The position numbers and the translations under genes were made by a program. The notes below the pieces were generated by a model. That model saw nothing but the letters and a program-made list of their open reading frames with translations. It did no database searches and was not told where the DNA came from. DNA of 64,000 bases, taken from an uncultured SAR86 cluster bacterium (GTDB taxonomy: Bacteria > Pseudomonadota > Gammaproteobacteria > Magnimaribacterales > D2472). This document shows, piece after piece, positions 47,208 through 58,252 of the stretch. Where the stretch lies: assembly GCA_902509555.1 (NCBI GenBank), contig CABWYS010000002.1:1478-65477 (forward strand), written 5' to 3'. Each line of letters opens with the position of its first letter. The first letter of the stretch is position 1.

Positions 47208-47798
47208 ATGAAAAGATTGATTTTGCTTGTTAGCATGCTTGCCATACCTTCATTTGCTGCAGTAAGTGCGAATGTTACTTTCGCTTCAGATTATGTTTGG
47301 AGAGGAATGACGCAAAGTGATGGTCCTGCAATTCAAGGCGGTTTTGATTTTGAGGCTGAATCTGGTTTCTATGCCGGTATCTGGGGATCAAACGTTAATT
47401 TTAATGATGGAGCGGGAAGTGAATTAGATTATTACGCAGGTTATGGTTTTTCATTGGGTGAGGTTGGAGTTGATGTAGGATACATCGCTTTTGATTATCC
47501 TGAAAACCAGGCTGGTCTTGATTTTGAAGAAATTTACTTAGGCCTTAGTCTTGGAGACTTTGGACTAACTCTAGCTTCTGGCCAAGATAGTGCACCTGAT
47601 TACACAGAATTCTCATATGCATTTGGTCCTGTGTCAGTTGCTTATGGCGAATATGATGATTACGGAGATAACACAACAGTAAGTTATGGTTTCTCTTGTG
47701 GATCATTTGATTGTGGTATTACTGCATATGACTTTAGTGATGGAGGATACGGCGCTGATGAAGACGGTATCTTGTTTTCAGTTTCGGCAAGTCTTTAA
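47208..47798 (+). CDS. Small outer-membrane beta-barrel/porin-like protein (TIGR02001-like family, from memory)
   Basis: The track ORF starts at 47163, but ATG 47208 has an AGGAG SD and gives the signal peptide MKRLILLVSMLAIPSFA. The NVTFASDYVWRGMTQSDGPAIQGGFDF...GFYAGIWGSNV pattern is present. Confidence 0.7.
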   Translation: MKRLILLVSMLAIPSFAAVSANVTFASDYVWRGMTQSDGPAIQGGFDFEAESGFYAGIWGSNVNFNDGAGSELDYYAGYGFSLGEVGVDVGYIAFDYPENQAGLDFEEIYLGLSLGDFGLTLASGQDSAPDYTEFSYAFGPVSVAYGEYDDYGDNTTVSYGFSCGSFDCGITAYDFSDGGYGADEDGILFSVSASL

Positions 47799-47802
47799 TT
47801 AT

Positions 47803-47818
47803 TGGCATGAGAATTGCA
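47803..47818 (+). promoter_or_regulatory. Sigma-54 (-24/-12) promoter upstream of glnK-amtB
   Basis: TGGCATGAGAATTGCA differs from the 47152 element at one spacer base only. It lies about 55 nt upstream of the glnK ATG. Confidence 0.78.
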
Positions 47819-47822
47819 TACA

Positions 47823-47854
47823 TATATAAATATATAAATATATAAATATATAAA
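47823..47854 (+). repeat. Perfect 4x tandem octamer (TATATAAA)4 in the glnK leader
   Basis: Direct reading: TATATAAA repeated four times between the sigma-54 promoter and the glnK Shine-Dalgarno (AAGGAGG). Confidence 0.9.
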
Positions 47855-47863
47855 TTTTTATAA

Positions 47864-48211
<348 letters not shown>

Positions 48212-48223
48212 CAGGAGAAAAAT

Positions 48224-49510
48224 ATGAAATTATATAATTACTGTCTTATTGCATTTGCCACTCTACTCTCACCAGCAGTGCTATCATCTGAAATAAATTC
48301 AGGTGATACTGCTTGGATTCTTACTGCTACTGCCTTAGTTTTATTTATGACACTTCCTGGTTTAGCACTTTTTTATGGGGGTTTAGTTAGAACCCAGAAT
48401 GTTTTATCTGTGCTCATGCAATGCTTTGCGATTTGTTGCATCGTTTCTGTTGTTTGGGTCATTTATGGTTATAGTTTCGCTTTTACAGGTAACGGACCTA
48501 TCATTGGTGGAACTGACGGACTTTTCTTATCTTCTTTAGCAAGGGATGCTTCTTCTGGTACTTTGCCAGAGAGCTTATTTATCGTATTTCAAATGACATT
48601 TGCAATTATAACGCCGGCATTAGTAGTTGGTGCATTCGCTGAAAGAATGAAGTTTAGTGCTATGTGCATATTTACTATTCTCTGGGTAACTTTAGTTTAT
48701 TTACCTGCATGTCATATGGTTTGGGGGGGTGGATATCTCAGCAGCATAGGTGTTATTGACTTTGCTGGAGGGTTGGTTGTTCATGCTACATGTGGAGTTG
48801 GTGCTTTGGTGGCTGCCATGATGCTCGGACCAAGGAAAGGTTTTCCAAGCGGATCATTAGTGCCTCATAACAGACCCATGGTTGTTATGGGGGCTGCGAT
48901 GCTTTGGGTTGGGTGGTTTGGCTTTAACGGTGGAAGTGCTGTTGCTGCTGATTCAAGCGCCGCAATGGCTATCCTTGTAACTCATATCAGTGCAGCAGTT
49001 GGAGCTTTGACCTGGATGATAGTTGAGTGGATTAAAACAGGTAAACCAACAGTTGTGGGTATCGCAACTGGAATGGTGGCAGGTCTAGCGACCATTACTC
49101 CTGCATCTGGGACAGTTGGTCCTCAAGGGGCTTTATTGATTGGTTTATTGGCCGGTCTTATCTGCTTCTATGCAACACAAATGATTAAAGGCTTTTTCAA
49201 AATTGATGATTCGCTAGATGTTTTTCCTGTTCACGGAGTTGGAGGGATTTTAGGTATTTTGATGCTAGCGTTCGTTGGAAAACCTAATGGATTTCTTGGG
49301 GCTGGAGCAGCTGGATTTAATCCATCTGTTTTTGAACAATTTATGATTCAACTTCAGGGGGTTGTAGTTATATGCCTTTGGACTTTACTATTTTCTTGGA
49401 TTGCCCTCAAGATTACTTCGCTTGTTACCAATCTCAGAGTTAGCGAGGAAAGTGAATACGAAGGTTTGGATATAACTGAGCATAACGAGAGTGGATATTC
49501 AGCAAGCTAA
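48224..49510 (+). CDS. amtB: Ammonium transporter
   Basis: 428 aa with a signal peptide. DFAGGLVVHATCG and VHGVGGILG are Amt signature motifs. Confidence 0.93.
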   Translation: MKLYNYCLIAFATLLSPAVLSSEINSGDTAWILTATALVLFMTLPGLALFYGGLVRTQNVLSVLMQCFAICCIVSVVWVIYGYSFAFTGNGPIIGGTDGLFLSSLARDASSGTLPESLFIVFQMTFAIITPALVVGAFAERMKFSAMCIFTILWVTLVYLPACHMVWGGGYLSSIGVIDFAGGLVVHATCGVGALVAAMMLGPRKGFPSGSLVPHNRPMVVMGAAMLWVGWFGFNGGSAVAADSSAAMAILVTHISAAVGALTWMIVEWIKTGKPTVVGIATGMVAGLATITPASGTVGPQGALLIGLLAGLICFYATQMIKGFFKIDDSLDVFPVHGVGGILGILMLAFVGKPNGFLGAGAAGFNPSVFEQFMIQLQGVVVICLWTLLFSWIALKITSLVTNLRVSEESEYEGLDITEHNESGYSAS

Positions 49511-50640
49511 GTTTTTTCTAATTTTCTGATAACAGGATTGGCGTATTGTTCAAGTAGTTTTGAGCATACGCCTTTCTCTAAACCATTGAGTCTTTCTTCT
49601 AGCTTCTTTTGTGCCTGTTTAATTTCTTCTAAAGTATATTTACTTTGTTCAGGTATATTTATGCCCATTAAATTACAAGCAGCAAAGTTTGTTGCATGAA
49701 GCTCATACATTGAAACTATAGAGTGCGTTATTTTATTTGAAACTTTTTGGTAATCGTCTTCATCTTCAAACCTCATAGGTTTGGAAAGGTTAATATTTAC
49801 ATTGCCTTTAAATCCAGTAATTCCATTGGCAATGCTTTTGAGATCTTCATCCCTCTCTTTTATATATTCGCTATTTAAATTAGATAAATGCAGTTCCATG
49901 GCTTTTAATAAGTCGTTAGGATCAAATTCATACGAAATTGATACTGGTACTACTTTTAGAGAATTAAAATAATTAGAAATAGATTGAGATTTCCTTTCAG
50001 TTAAATGAATCATTTTTAATAAAGCGGGGTCTGTTTCATCAATACCATCTTTTGCTCTGCCCTGCTTTTGAGCAATCCAAACCGAATCATTGTCATTAAA
50101 AATACTTTTATGAATAAATTGTGAGGCAAGTAATAAACCAGAATAAATTTCTTTTTTTGTTCCTCCTGACCTTTGAATAATAAAGCTTTTATTTAAGCGA
50201 AATAGATCTGAAGCCCAACTTTCTTCCATCAAGTTATTACCCACAGCTATATTGAATGTTTTAAAACCAGATTGATAAAGATTTAAGGCAAGCAACGCAG
50301 CATCAAGAGAAATATCTCGATGATTTGAAATAAATAGATGGCTATCTTTCTGATTCAATTTTTCAAGTCCGTTAACACTAAATGTTGTAATAGATTCTTG
50401 AACAACATTCTCCATCAAGCTTTTAAATATTTTTTGATAATCATCAATTGTGTGAATATTTTTGATTTTAGAAATAAGTTTTTGTTTAACGAAAAATTTT
50501 ATAAAAGGAATTTTTGAAATCATTCCAGGAAACTGTAATCCCATTAAAGCTTTTATAACTGATTTGTTTGAGGTAAGAGACTGCAGAACCTTATCTACTT
50601 CAGAGTCAGTATAAGGTCTAATATCTTTAAATGGATCCAT
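49507..50640 (-). CDS. Lysophospholipid/glycerol-phosphate acyltransferase-family protein (PlsC-like)
   Basis: 377 aa. The NHRDISLD acyltransferase motif region is present. The family assignment is from memory. Confidence 0.55.
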   Translation of the reverse strand: MDPFKDIRPYTDSEVDKVLQSLTSNKSVIKALMGLQFPGMISKIPFIKFFVKQKLISKIKNIHTIDDYQKIFKSLMENVVQESITTFSVNGLEKLNQKDSHLFISNHRDISLDAALLALNLYQSGFKTFNIAVGNNLMEESWASDLFRLNKSFIIQRSGGTKKEIYSGLLLASQFIHKSIFNDNDSVWIAQKQGRAKDGIDETDPALLKMIHLTERKSQSISNYFNSLKVVPVSISYEFDPNDLLKAMELHLSNLNSEYIKERDEDLKSIANGITGFKGNVNINLSKPMRFEDEDDYQKVSNKITHSIVSMYELHATNFAACNLMGINIPEQSKYTLEEIKQAQKKLEERLNGLEKGVCSKLLEQYANPVIRKLEKT

Positions 50641-50644
50641 TGCA

Positions 50645-51934
50645 TTAAGCTAGAAGCTGAATCATAACTCCAGCAGCAACAGCAGAACCAATTACCCCAG
50701 CTACATTAGGCCCCATGGCGTGCATAAGCAAAAAATTCTGGGAATCGCTCTCTAAACCTACTTTATTGGCTACTCTTGCAGCCATTGGCACAGCTGAAAC
50801 GCCTGCCGCTCCTATGAGAGGATTAATTTTATTGGCACTTAAAAGGTTCATTATTTTTGCCATTAAAATTCCTGAGGCTGTCCCAATTGAAAATGCAATT
50901 ATTCCAAGCGAAAGAATTCCAAGAGTTTCAGGTGTTAGAAATTGATCGGCTGCGAGCTTGGACCCAACTGCTAAACCTAAAAAAATTGTAACTATGTTGA
51001 TTAAAGAATTTTGAACAACATCACTTAATCTTTCGACAACCAAAGATTCTCTCATTAAATTACCAAAACAGAACATGCCGATTAATGGAGCTGCACTTGG
51101 TAACATCATGCCAACCAGAAAGACCAAGATAATTGGAAAAATTATTTTTTCTTTTTGTGAAACTTCCCTTAATTGAACCATTCGAATAGTTCTTTCAGAG
51201 TGTGAAGTAAGGAGTCGCATGATTGGGGGCTGGATTAATGGTACCAATGCCATATAGGAATATGCAGCTACTGCAATAGCACCTAGAAGCTCTGGAGCTA
51301 AAATTGATGAAACATAAATTGCCGTGGGACCATCTGCTCCGCCAATAATACCGGTTGCTGCTGCTTGCTTTAAAGTAAATGAAACTACCCCAAGCTTATT
51401 TAAAAGCAAAGCACCAATAACCGTTGCGAAAATACCAAATTGAGCTGCAGCGCCCAATATTAATGTCTTAGGATTAGCGAGCATTGGGCCAAAATCAGTC
51501 ATTGCGCCTACGCCCATAAAAATAACCAGAGGTGCAACTCCTGAACCAATTGCCACAGAGTAAAATGTATTCAAAATCCCTGCTTTATATCCAAGCTCTG
51601 CTGCGTATTCGTTTAAGAGCCATAACTGAGAATGGGAGGCAGTTTTAAGGAATGTAGAGAGGGATTCAGCTTCCCCAATAGATATTAAGGATAAGGCTCC
51701 AGCTAATTCATCAGGATTTGAAAAATAAATTAATTTTTCAATTGGACTAAGGGCTAGGCCAATTTCTGGAATATTAGTGAGTATTGCTCCAAAACCAATA
51801 GGTAAAAGCAAGAGTGGTTCGAATTTTTTATTTATAGCTAAATATAGTATTAACAAACCGACCACGAGCATAATTGCTTGACCAGAAGTCAGGCTAAAGA
51901 AGCCTAAACTAGAGAAAATTACTTCAAGATTCAT
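50645..51934 (-). CDS. oadB: Oxaloacetate decarboxylase (Na+-pumping) beta subunit
   Basis: 429 aa polytopic membrane protein. It follows oadA with a 1-nt overlap. Conserved [17 protein letters not shown]-terminus. Confidence 0.85.
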   Translation of the reverse strand: MNLEVIFSSLGFFSLTSGQAIMLVVGLLILYLAINKKFEPLLLLPIGFGAILTNIPEIGLALSPIEKLIYFSNPDELAGALSLISIGEAESLSTFLKTASHSQLWLLNEYAAELGYKAGILNTFYSVAIGSGVAPLVIFMGVGAMTDFGPMLANPKTLILGAAAQFGIFATVIGALLLNKLGVVSFTLKQAAATGIIGGADGPTAIYVSSILAPELLGAIAVAAYSYMALVPLIQPPIMRLLTSHSERTIRMVQLREVSQKEKIIFPIILVFLVGMMLPSAAPLIGMFCFGNLMRESLVVERLSDVVQNSLINIVTIFLGLAVGSKLAADQFLTPETLGILSLGIIAFSIGTASGILMAKIMNLLSANKINPLIGAAGVSAVPMAARVANKVGLESDSQNFLLMHAMGPNVAGVIGSAVAAGVMIQLLA

Positions 51935-53688
51935 TAGCTTTTAATTTCAAATAAAGGATTGCCTGGTTTAACGGTATCTCCTGGCTTGACGAATATTTTT
52001 CCAATAACTCCAGCGCTAGGTGCTTTTATTTCTGTTTCCATTTTCATGGCTTCTAAAATTAGAACTGTCGTATCTGCATCTACAGCCTCTCCTTCTGAAA
52101 CAATTGTTCTAAAGATATTGCCACCCAAGGGCGCTTCAATCACTGTCCCAGGTCCTACTGCAATAGAGGGAGAAGATGCAACTTCATTAATACTTGAACC
52201 ATCATTAATTATCACTGAATTGTCAGCCTTTAAAGTAACTGAGTATTCTTGATCATCTACCGTTACTAGATACGAAGAATCTGTTAGCTCATTAATTTCT
52301 ATAGGTTCAGATTCAAAAAACTCAGGGTTATCAGAATTTTCAATATAGCTCATACCAATTTCAGGGAACATTGCATATATCAGAACATTTTCAATTGAGG
52401 GATCAATAGTAATATTTTTTTCAGCGATCACATTTTTAAATTCTTCTTCTACGGAGTGAAAATCATCAGTTAGCAAGTCAGCTGGTCTGCATGTAATAAC
52501 TGCACTATCTCCAATCCCCTCTTGCTGCAAATCTTTATTAACTGGTGCAGGGGTTGCACCGTACTCGCCTTTTAACAGGGATTTAACTTCGTTGGTCACA
52601 GTAGAATATCTAGACCCCGACAGTATATTGATCACAGATTGAGTGCCTACAATCTGAGAGGTCGGAGTAACCAATGGAATAAATCCTAAATCTTCTCTTA
52701 CTTTTGGAATTTCATGAATCACCTCATCAAATCTCTCAATGGAATCTTGAGCTTTAAGTTGATTTTCAAGGTTTGTTAACATCCCGCCTGGCACCTGAGA
52801 AGCCAATATTCGTGCGTCTACTCCTCGCAGTGACCCTTCAAAATTCTTATACTTTTTTCTAACTCTTTGAAAATGCTCTGCTATAGGGGTTAATTTTTCT
52901 ATATTTAAGCCAGTCTCTCTATTAGTTCCATCCAATATACTTATCAATGTTTCAGTAGGTGTATGACCATAAGTCATGCTCATTGAGGAGATTGAAGTAT
53001 CAATATTATCTAAGCCAGCTTCAATAGCCTTAACGCCAGTTGCAACAGACATGCCCGTGGTTGCATGGCAGTGCATATGAATGGGGATTTCAAGTTCATC
53101 TTTTAACCTCGAAACCAGCTCAAATGCTACATATGGCTTTAATAACCCTGCCATATCTTTAATAGCTAAAGAATGGGCTCCCATGTCTTGAATATTTTTT
53201 GCAAGATCAAGCCATAAATCAATAGTGTGAACAGGGCTAGTAGTGTAAGAAATGGTGCCTTGAGCATGACCCTCAACTGCAATGACAGCTTGCAGGGCTT
53301 GATGCATATTTCTTGGATCATTCAGGGCATCAAACACCCTAAATACATCAACACCATTTTTTTTAGAGCATTCAACAAATTTATTAACAACATCGTCAGA
53401 GTAATGTTTGTAACCCAATAAATTTTGACCCCTTAAAAGCATTTGCTGAGGGGTATTTGGCATCATTGACTTAATCTTTCTGATTCGTTCCCAAGGATCC
53501 TCGCCTAGATATCTGATGCAAGAATCAAATATTGCACCGCCCCATGATTCAACAGACCAAAAACCAACGCTATCAAGATCTTTCAATGCAGCCTCCATGT
53601 CATGGTACCTAAATCGAGTAGCAAGCAATGATTGATGAGCGTCTCTTAAAACTACCTCTGTAACTCCAATTTTCTTAGACTCTGTCAT
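51934..53688 (-). CDS. oadA: Oxaloacetate decarboxylase alpha subunit (carboxyltransferase + biotin carrier)
   Basis: 584 aa. N-terminus [17 protein letters not shown] and C-terminal biotinylation motif EAMKME. Confidence 0.9.
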   Translation of the reverse strand: MTESKKIGVTEVVLRDAHQSLLATRFRYHDMEAALKDLDSVGFWSVESWGGAIFDSCIRYLGEDPWERIRKIKSMMPNTPQQMLLRGQNLLGYKHYSDDVVNKFVECSKKNGVDVFRVFDALNDPRNMHQALQAVIAVEGHAQGTISYTTSPVHTIDLWLDLAKNIQDMGAHSLAIKDMAGLLKPYVAFELVSRLKDELEIPIHMHCHATTGMSVATGVKAIEAGLDNIDTSISSMSMTYGHTPTETLISILDGTNRETGLNIEKLTPIAEHFQRVRKKYKNFEGSLRGVDARILASQVPGGMLTNLENQLKAQDSIERFDEVIHEIPKVREDLGFIPLVTPTSQIVGTQSVINILSGSRYSTVTNEVKSLLKGEYGATPAPVNKDLQQEGIGDSAVITCRPADLLTDDFHSVEEEFKNVIAEKNITIDPSIENVLIYAMFPEIGMSYIENSDNPEFFESEPIEINELTDSSYLVTVDDQEYSVTLKADNSVIINDGSSINEVASSPSIAVGPGTVIEAPLGGNIFRTIVSEGEAVDADTTVLILEAMKMETEIKAPSAGVIGKIFVKPGDTVKPGNPLFEIKS

Positions 53689-53915
53689 GATCTAATGCCC
53701 CCAAGAACTTCTTTAATAATTTTATGATGAATTTCATTTTTAACAGTAGCAGGCGATAAATCATTAGAATCTAAAGCATGCTCTTTAGTTGGTGAAAAGA
53801 AAATTCTTAACACATTCACGGAGATAATTAGCAACACTAGGAAAGTGAAGACAACAGTCATTCCACTGTAAAGGAGATTCATCCCCTCTTGAATTAAGAT
53901 ATCCTGGTCTGTCAT
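53685..53915 (-). CDS. oadG: Oxaloacetate decarboxylase gamma subunit
   Basis: 76 aa with a single TM helix (GMTVVFTFLVLLI). It overlaps oadA by 4 nt. Confidence 0.75.
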   Translation of the reverse strand: MTDQDILIQEGMNLLYSGMTVVFTFLVLLIISVNVLRIFFSPTKEHALDSNDLSPATVKNEIHHKIIKEVLGGIRS

Positions 53916-53986
53916 ATTTATTATATAAGTCTAAAATCTTTGAATAGACTTTAGTGATTTTACACCATTGTAAGTACAATATTGAA

Positions 53987-54727
53987 ATGTCATCTCACCC
54001 ATATTTGAATATTTCTGGCATAGCCATCTCTGCTCATAGAGGCGGTAGCATTGAAGCTCCAGAAAATACTCTCGAATCCTTTGAATATGCTCTAGACCTT
54101 GGATGCTCATATATTGAAACAGATGTTCAGCTTTCAGCAGATGGGATTCCCTATATTTTTCATGATGATGACTTAAAAAGATTGCTGGGTAGAGATGTCA
54201 TGTTCAACTCAATGAGCAGCAGTGAAATCGAAAACTTAAGATTATTTGAATCATACTCAATACCAACTCTGAAAATGGCACTTACAAAGTTTCCAGATGC
54301 CCTATTTCAAATAGACTTAAAAACAGACGAAGTTGCGATTCCTGCATTGCAGGTTATCGAAGAGCTTGATGCTTTTGACAGAGTTTGCATTGCAAGCTTT
54401 AGCAGTAATAGACTGAAAGTAGTTCGGGAGAAGTTCCCAAAAACCTGCTTCTCTATGGGTCCAAAAGAAATCTTGCAGCTATTGCTAGCTAGCTTTGGTC
54501 TATACAAACAAAAAGTTCCCGGAGACTGTTTGCAAATTCCGATATATCACTATGGCATAAAATTAGTTACCAAAAGGTTTGTAAAGTATGTTCAAAGCAT
54601 AGGTTTAAAAATTCATGTATGGACAATCAACGATGTTGAAACAATGCAAAAGCTAATAAATTTAGGGGTGGATGGAATTATTACTGATAAGCCAAAAGTT
54701 TTAAGAGATCTTCTTTCGAAGAATTAA
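53987..54727 (+). CDS. Glycerophosphodiester phosphodiesterase (GDPD family)
   Basis: The ATG at 53987 is preferred over the track's GTG at 53954. ISAHRGGS...APENTLESF, the ETDVQLSADG motif and C-terminal VDGIITDKP are present. Confidence 0.85.
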   Translation: MSSHPYLNISGIAISAHRGGSIEAPENTLESFEYALDLGCSYIETDVQLSADGIPYIFHDDDLKRLLGRDVMFNSMSSSEIENLRLFESYSIPTLKMALTKFPDALFQIDLKTDEVAIPALQVIEELDAFDRVCIASFSSNRLKVVREKFPKTCFSMGPKEILQLLLASFGLYKQKVPGDCLQIPIYHYGIKLVTKRFVKYVQSIGLKIHVWTINDVETMQKLINLGVDGIITDKPKVLRDLLSKN

Positions 54728-54912
54728 TTCTTTAAAAATTTTGAAAAAATTTTTCTTGCAAAGATATACATTGGGATGATTGCACACGATGTAATAAGCA
54801 CCTCTAACCAAGCATCTAATTGTAAAAAATTTCTTATAAAGCCTGCTAAAAATAAGCTAATCAAACCCAACAAACTATATAGAATAATAGAGTTACGACT
54901 GAAGAGATTCAT
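54724..54912 (-). CDS. Small two-TM membrane protein, unknown function
   Basis: 62 aa. It overlaps the upstream MFS gene's 3' end by 20 nt on the same strand. Confidence 0.4.
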   Translation of the reverse strand: MNLFSRNSIILYSLLGLISLFLAGFIRNFLQLDAWLEVLITSCAIIPMYIFARKIFSKFLKN

Positions 54913-56149
54913 GGGTGCTTTTAACCTTTAAAAGTATTATGGCGCCCATGATAAACAGTGCTGCAATGGGTATCAAGCCATATCTTGTATCTTGAAAAAA
55001 AGTTACAAAAATTGCTACTAAGGCTGGCCCCATAAATGCTCCAGCACGCCCAAACATATTATAAAATCCAAAATATTCACCAGATTCATTTTGAGGTATT
55101 AGAGTTGCATAATAACTTCTAGAAATTGATTGAATGCCGCCTTGAATAGCTCCAACCATTGAAGCAAGAACATAGAACTCAATCGCGTTTGAAAGAAATG
55201 CCGAATATGCAATCACTATAAGATAAAGAAAGATTGTGAAAAGCAAAGTATTTTTATCGCCGAATTTATAGGCAAACTTAGACCATAATAAAGTTGTAGG
55301 GAATGCAACAAATTGCACCAAAATAAGCGCAATAATCACATCGCTACTTGGCAAGCCTAAATTTAGAGCAAAGTCAGCCGCCATTGCCATAATTGTATGC
55401 ACGCCATCAATGTATAAAAAGAAAGCTAATAGAAAGATAAATACATTTTTTTTTGATGAGACTGTTCGCAAAGTATTAAATACTTTTGAGTAAGCAAGCT
55501 TAAAATGAGATCCGGGTAAATTTATACCTCTGTCTTGGATTTTTAATAAAATAGGAATTAAAAATAAAGTCCACCAAACAGAAACACTTAAAAAAGACCA
55601 TCTAACAGCATCTGCAACACTAGATAATCCAAAGAATTCTGGTTTGATTGTCATGGCTGCATTAATAAGAAATAACAAGCCTCCGCCTAGATATCCAAAT
55701 GCAAACCCATAACTGGATATTTTGGCAACATTGCTCTCATCTGAAACTTGCACCAGCATCTTGTCATACAAAGTATTACCTGCTGCAAAGCAATAATTGG
55801 CAATACCAAAAAATATCAAAGCCTGAAGCCATGAACCTGCAGGGATAAAATACAATACGGCAACAGAGATGATAGAAATCGCTCCAAATCCAGTAAATAA
55901 AATTTTTGTTGTTCTGGAAACATCTGTAAGAGAGCCGATGAAAGGCGAGGTAAATAAAAGCACCAAATTAGAAATCGTTAGTCCCCAACCAAGATAGGCA
56001 GTTTTGACCTCAGCTTCTAGCCCAGAGGCCCAGAAGTCATTAAAAAATATTGGGAAAAAAGCAGCAATGACCGTTGTCGCAAATGCAGAATTTCCTCCGT
56101 CATAAAGAATCCATGCTTTGGCTTCTGATGAAAGTTTAACTTTGCTCAT
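54893..56149 (-). CDS. MFS transporter, UMF1 (Atg22-like) family
   Basis: 418 aa. N-terminal WILYDGGNSAFATTVIAAFFPIFF is typical of UMF1. Confidence 0.75.
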   Translation of the reverse strand: MSKVKLSSEAKAWILYDGGNSAFATTVIAAFFPIFFNDFWASGLEAEVKTAYLGWGLTISNLVLLFTSPFIGSLTDVSRTTKILFTGFGAISIISVAVLYFIPAGSWLQALIFFGIANYCFAAGNTLYDKMLVQVSDESNVAKISSYGFAFGYLGGGLLFLINAAMTIKPEFFGLSSVADAVRWSFLSVSVWWTLFLIPILLKIQDRGINLPGSHFKLAYSKVFNTLRTVSSKKNVFIFLLAFFLYIDGVHTIMAMAADFALNLGLPSSDVIIALILVQFVAFPTTLLWSKFAYKFGDKNTLLFTIFLYLIVIAYSAFLSNAIEFYVLASMVGAIQGGIQSISRSYYATLIPQNESGEYFGFYNMFGRAGAFMGPALVAIFVTFFQDTRYGLIPIAALFIMGAIILLKVKSTHESLQS

Positions 56150-57161
56150 ACCAACATTGATTATTATCGAAAGATTTTCTAATCAAACCTCTATAGAGCA
56201 AGCAATTTAAATGTCCCAAGGATTCACCTGTTGCCATAATTAAATTGGAATCATCTATCTCTCGTTTAAATAAAACGTCAAAAACATCAACTGCTCTTTT
56301 TGGGGTGCTTAGAACAGCATGAAGTTTTTCCAATGATTGCTCATGATGATTAATAAGCGCATTAAGTCTTTTATGAGCTCCAATAAAAGGTCTGCCATGG
56401 GCTGGTAGGACCAATACATCTTCAGGTAATTTTTCAATCAGCTTGTGGCATGAGGAAATCCAATCTTCCACTGGATTTGCAGCAGGCTCTGTAGGAAATA
56501 TTCCAACATGAGAACTGATAGTAGGAAGCAATTGATCGCCACTTATAAATATATTTAATTCCTTGGAAAAAAAACAAAGATGCTCCATTGTATGACCGCG
56601 ACCCTCTATAGCAATCCAATCGATACCGTTTATGTGAATGACATCGTCCTCTTTTAATCGATTATATGATTGAGGTAAGGGATGGATGATTGAACCAAAG
56701 AAGCCAAATCTCTCAGTAAAAGATTTAATTTGCTCTTGGGTCATTCCAGCTTGAGTGTAAAAATCTAGGGCTTCATGGGGAACATTATCACCAGTGTCTG
56801 CAGATAACATTCGACATTGCAGATAATCAGTTCTACTCATGCTAAATGTAGTTTTATAGTTTTTAACAAACCATCCTGCCATACCAACATGATCAGGATG
56901 CATGTGCGTTACAATCACATCTTTTATTACAAGCTTTTCACTATCAATTAAGCTAATCCAAGCATTTTTTGTGTCATCAAGATGCATGCCCGTATCAACT
57001 ATAGTTAAGTTATCTTGAGCACCTAAGCCCCAAAGGTTTATATGATTAAGAGACATGGGCAGAGGCATGCGTATCCATCGAACATGATCGTTAATTGCAT
57101 ACAAGGTCCCAGACTTTGGAACTACATCAAGGGGAAAAGTTAATCTAACCTCTGAATTCAT
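56136..57161 (-). CDS. Metallo-beta-lactamase-fold hydrolase
   Basis: HxHxDH motif THMHPDHVG. The start is placed at ATG 57161 (MNSEVRL...) rather than the track's 57215. Confidence 0.8.
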   Translation of the reverse strand: MNSEVRLTFPLDVVPKSGTLYAINDHVRWIRMPLPMSLNHINLWGLGAQDNLTIVDTGMHLDDTKNAWISLIDSEKLVIKDVIVTHMHPDHVGMAGWFVKNYKTTFSMSRTDYLQCRMLSADTGDNVPHEALDFYTQAGMTQEQIKSFTERFGFFGSIIHPLPQSYNRLKEDDVIHINGIDWIAIEGRGHTMEHLCFFSKELNIFISGDQLLPTISSHVGIFPTEPAANPVEDWISSCHKLIEKLPEDVLVLPAHGRPFIGAHKRLNALINHHEQSLEKLHAVLSTPKRAVDVFDVLFKREIDDSNLIMATGESLGHLNCLLYRGLIRKSFDNNQCWYEQS

Positions 57162-57290
57162 TGTTGATAATAAAAATAATTGATGGTTATACTGAATGCA
57201 TGAATGATGATGCACAAACGATAAAAAGCTTAGGACTATTTGTTTTAGGCATAGGTGGGTTAGTTTTTTTACTTGGCATTGTAGCTTATT

Positions 57291-57905
57291 TTATTTAACC
57301 CTTAACTTTCCAGGCTTTGAGTCACGACGCAAAGCCTTCAGAAATGAATTAGCCTCAACGGGTTTTACCACGTCATTGTCACGAATATATTCGCTGCTCC
57401 AGAATTCTTTCCAAGAAGGAAATAAATCATGAAAATATCCTTCATAATTTTCCTGACCTGGCCAACGCATTTTTTGATCACCAAGTGGAGGATTATTTAA
57501 ATCGGTTGCATACCAATACATCGGTAGTCTTTTTTTAAACAGCCATCTTCCATCAACTCTGTTATAGGTATCCCAATACAACATTTGCATAATCACCCAT
57601 TCTGTCTCAGTTTCATGTTCGTTCTTTGAATAGACCAATCCAATGGCGGAATCAGAGGAATCAAAATCTATGATGTGGTTTCCAATATGATGCGAAGTCC
57701 CCGTGAATTGATCTCTAAATGTTGCATCAGCCCATTCTTTTAATGCTTGTCTACCAGTCTTTTCTTTCCCAACTCTTACATCGGGGACGAATAAATTAAC
57801 ATGCATATCTAGATCACGCATGTCTAAAGTCACGGAGTATTTAGCAGCGAGTTGCCTAATCTCATCCAGCGACTCGAGCCTATCTAATCTTTCTTCAATG
57901 CTCAT
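57291..57905 (-). CDS. SnoaL-like / NTF2-fold protein
   Basis: 204 aa. The N-terminal helix followed by a cone-like beta region (HHIGNHIIDF...GRWLF) is typical of SnoaL_4 proteins. Confidence 0.6.
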   Translation of the reverse strand: MSIEERLDRLESLDEIRQLAAKYSVTLDMRDLDMHVNLFVPDVRVGKEKTGRQALKEWADATFRDQFTGTSHHIGNHIIDFDSSDSAIGLVYSKNEHETETEWVIMQMLYWDTYNRVDGRWLFKKRLPMYWYATDLNNPPLGDQKMRWPGQENYEGYFHDLFPSWKEFWSSEYIRDNDVVKPVEANSFLKALRRDSKPGKLRVK

Positions 57906-57908
57906 TAT

Positions 57909-58248
57909 TTATCCTGGGGGCCACTGCAAAGGCCTTCCACTTAAAAGATGAAGATGAAGATGGAAAACACTTTGTCCAGCTTTGGCTCCATTATTTGTAA
58001 CGAGTCTAAATGTTTCATCCAATCCCAGATCTCGAGCCACCTCTCCTGCTACCCACATTAAATGACCAAGCAGTTCTTTATCTTCTTGAGTTGCATCTGA
58101 AAGTTTTGGTATTGGTTTTTTTAGGAATGATTAATAAGTGTGTTGGGGCCTGCGGATTTATATCTTTAAAAACAAGTGATAGCTCGTCCTCAAATATAAT
58201 ATCTGCAGGAATTTCTTTGTTAATAATTTTAGTAAAAAGTGTGTCCAT
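57909..58248 (-). pseudogene. hinT: HIT-family (HinT-like) gene interrupted by a 1-nt frameshift in an A7 run
   Basis: Hand translation gives [44 protein letters not shown], then a frame change at 58116-58122. The other frame continues [19 protein letters not shown]...GQSVFHLHLHLLSGRPLQWPPG*. The histidine triad is intact. No minus-strand ORF appears in the track here. Confidence 0.85.
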
Positions 58249-58252
58249 AGAT

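Noticed and set aside
57200-57298. 32-aa hydrophobic plus-strand ORF (MNDDAQTIKSLGLFVLGIGGLVFLLGIVAYFI).
   Set aside because: It has no Shine-Dalgarno and overlaps the stop of the convergent SnoaL-like gene. T-rich DNA readily yields hydrophobic pseudo-peptides by chance. I cannot support it without conservation data.
58116-58122. Programmed ribosomal frameshift in the HIT gene.
   Set aside because: Restoring the frame needs a +1 shift (or -2) on CCT AAA AAA A. I see no stimulatory stop codon, internal SD or downstream structure typical of programmed +1 sites. A sequencing error, a recent mutation or transcriptional slippage is more likely. It is kept as a finding, not as recoding.
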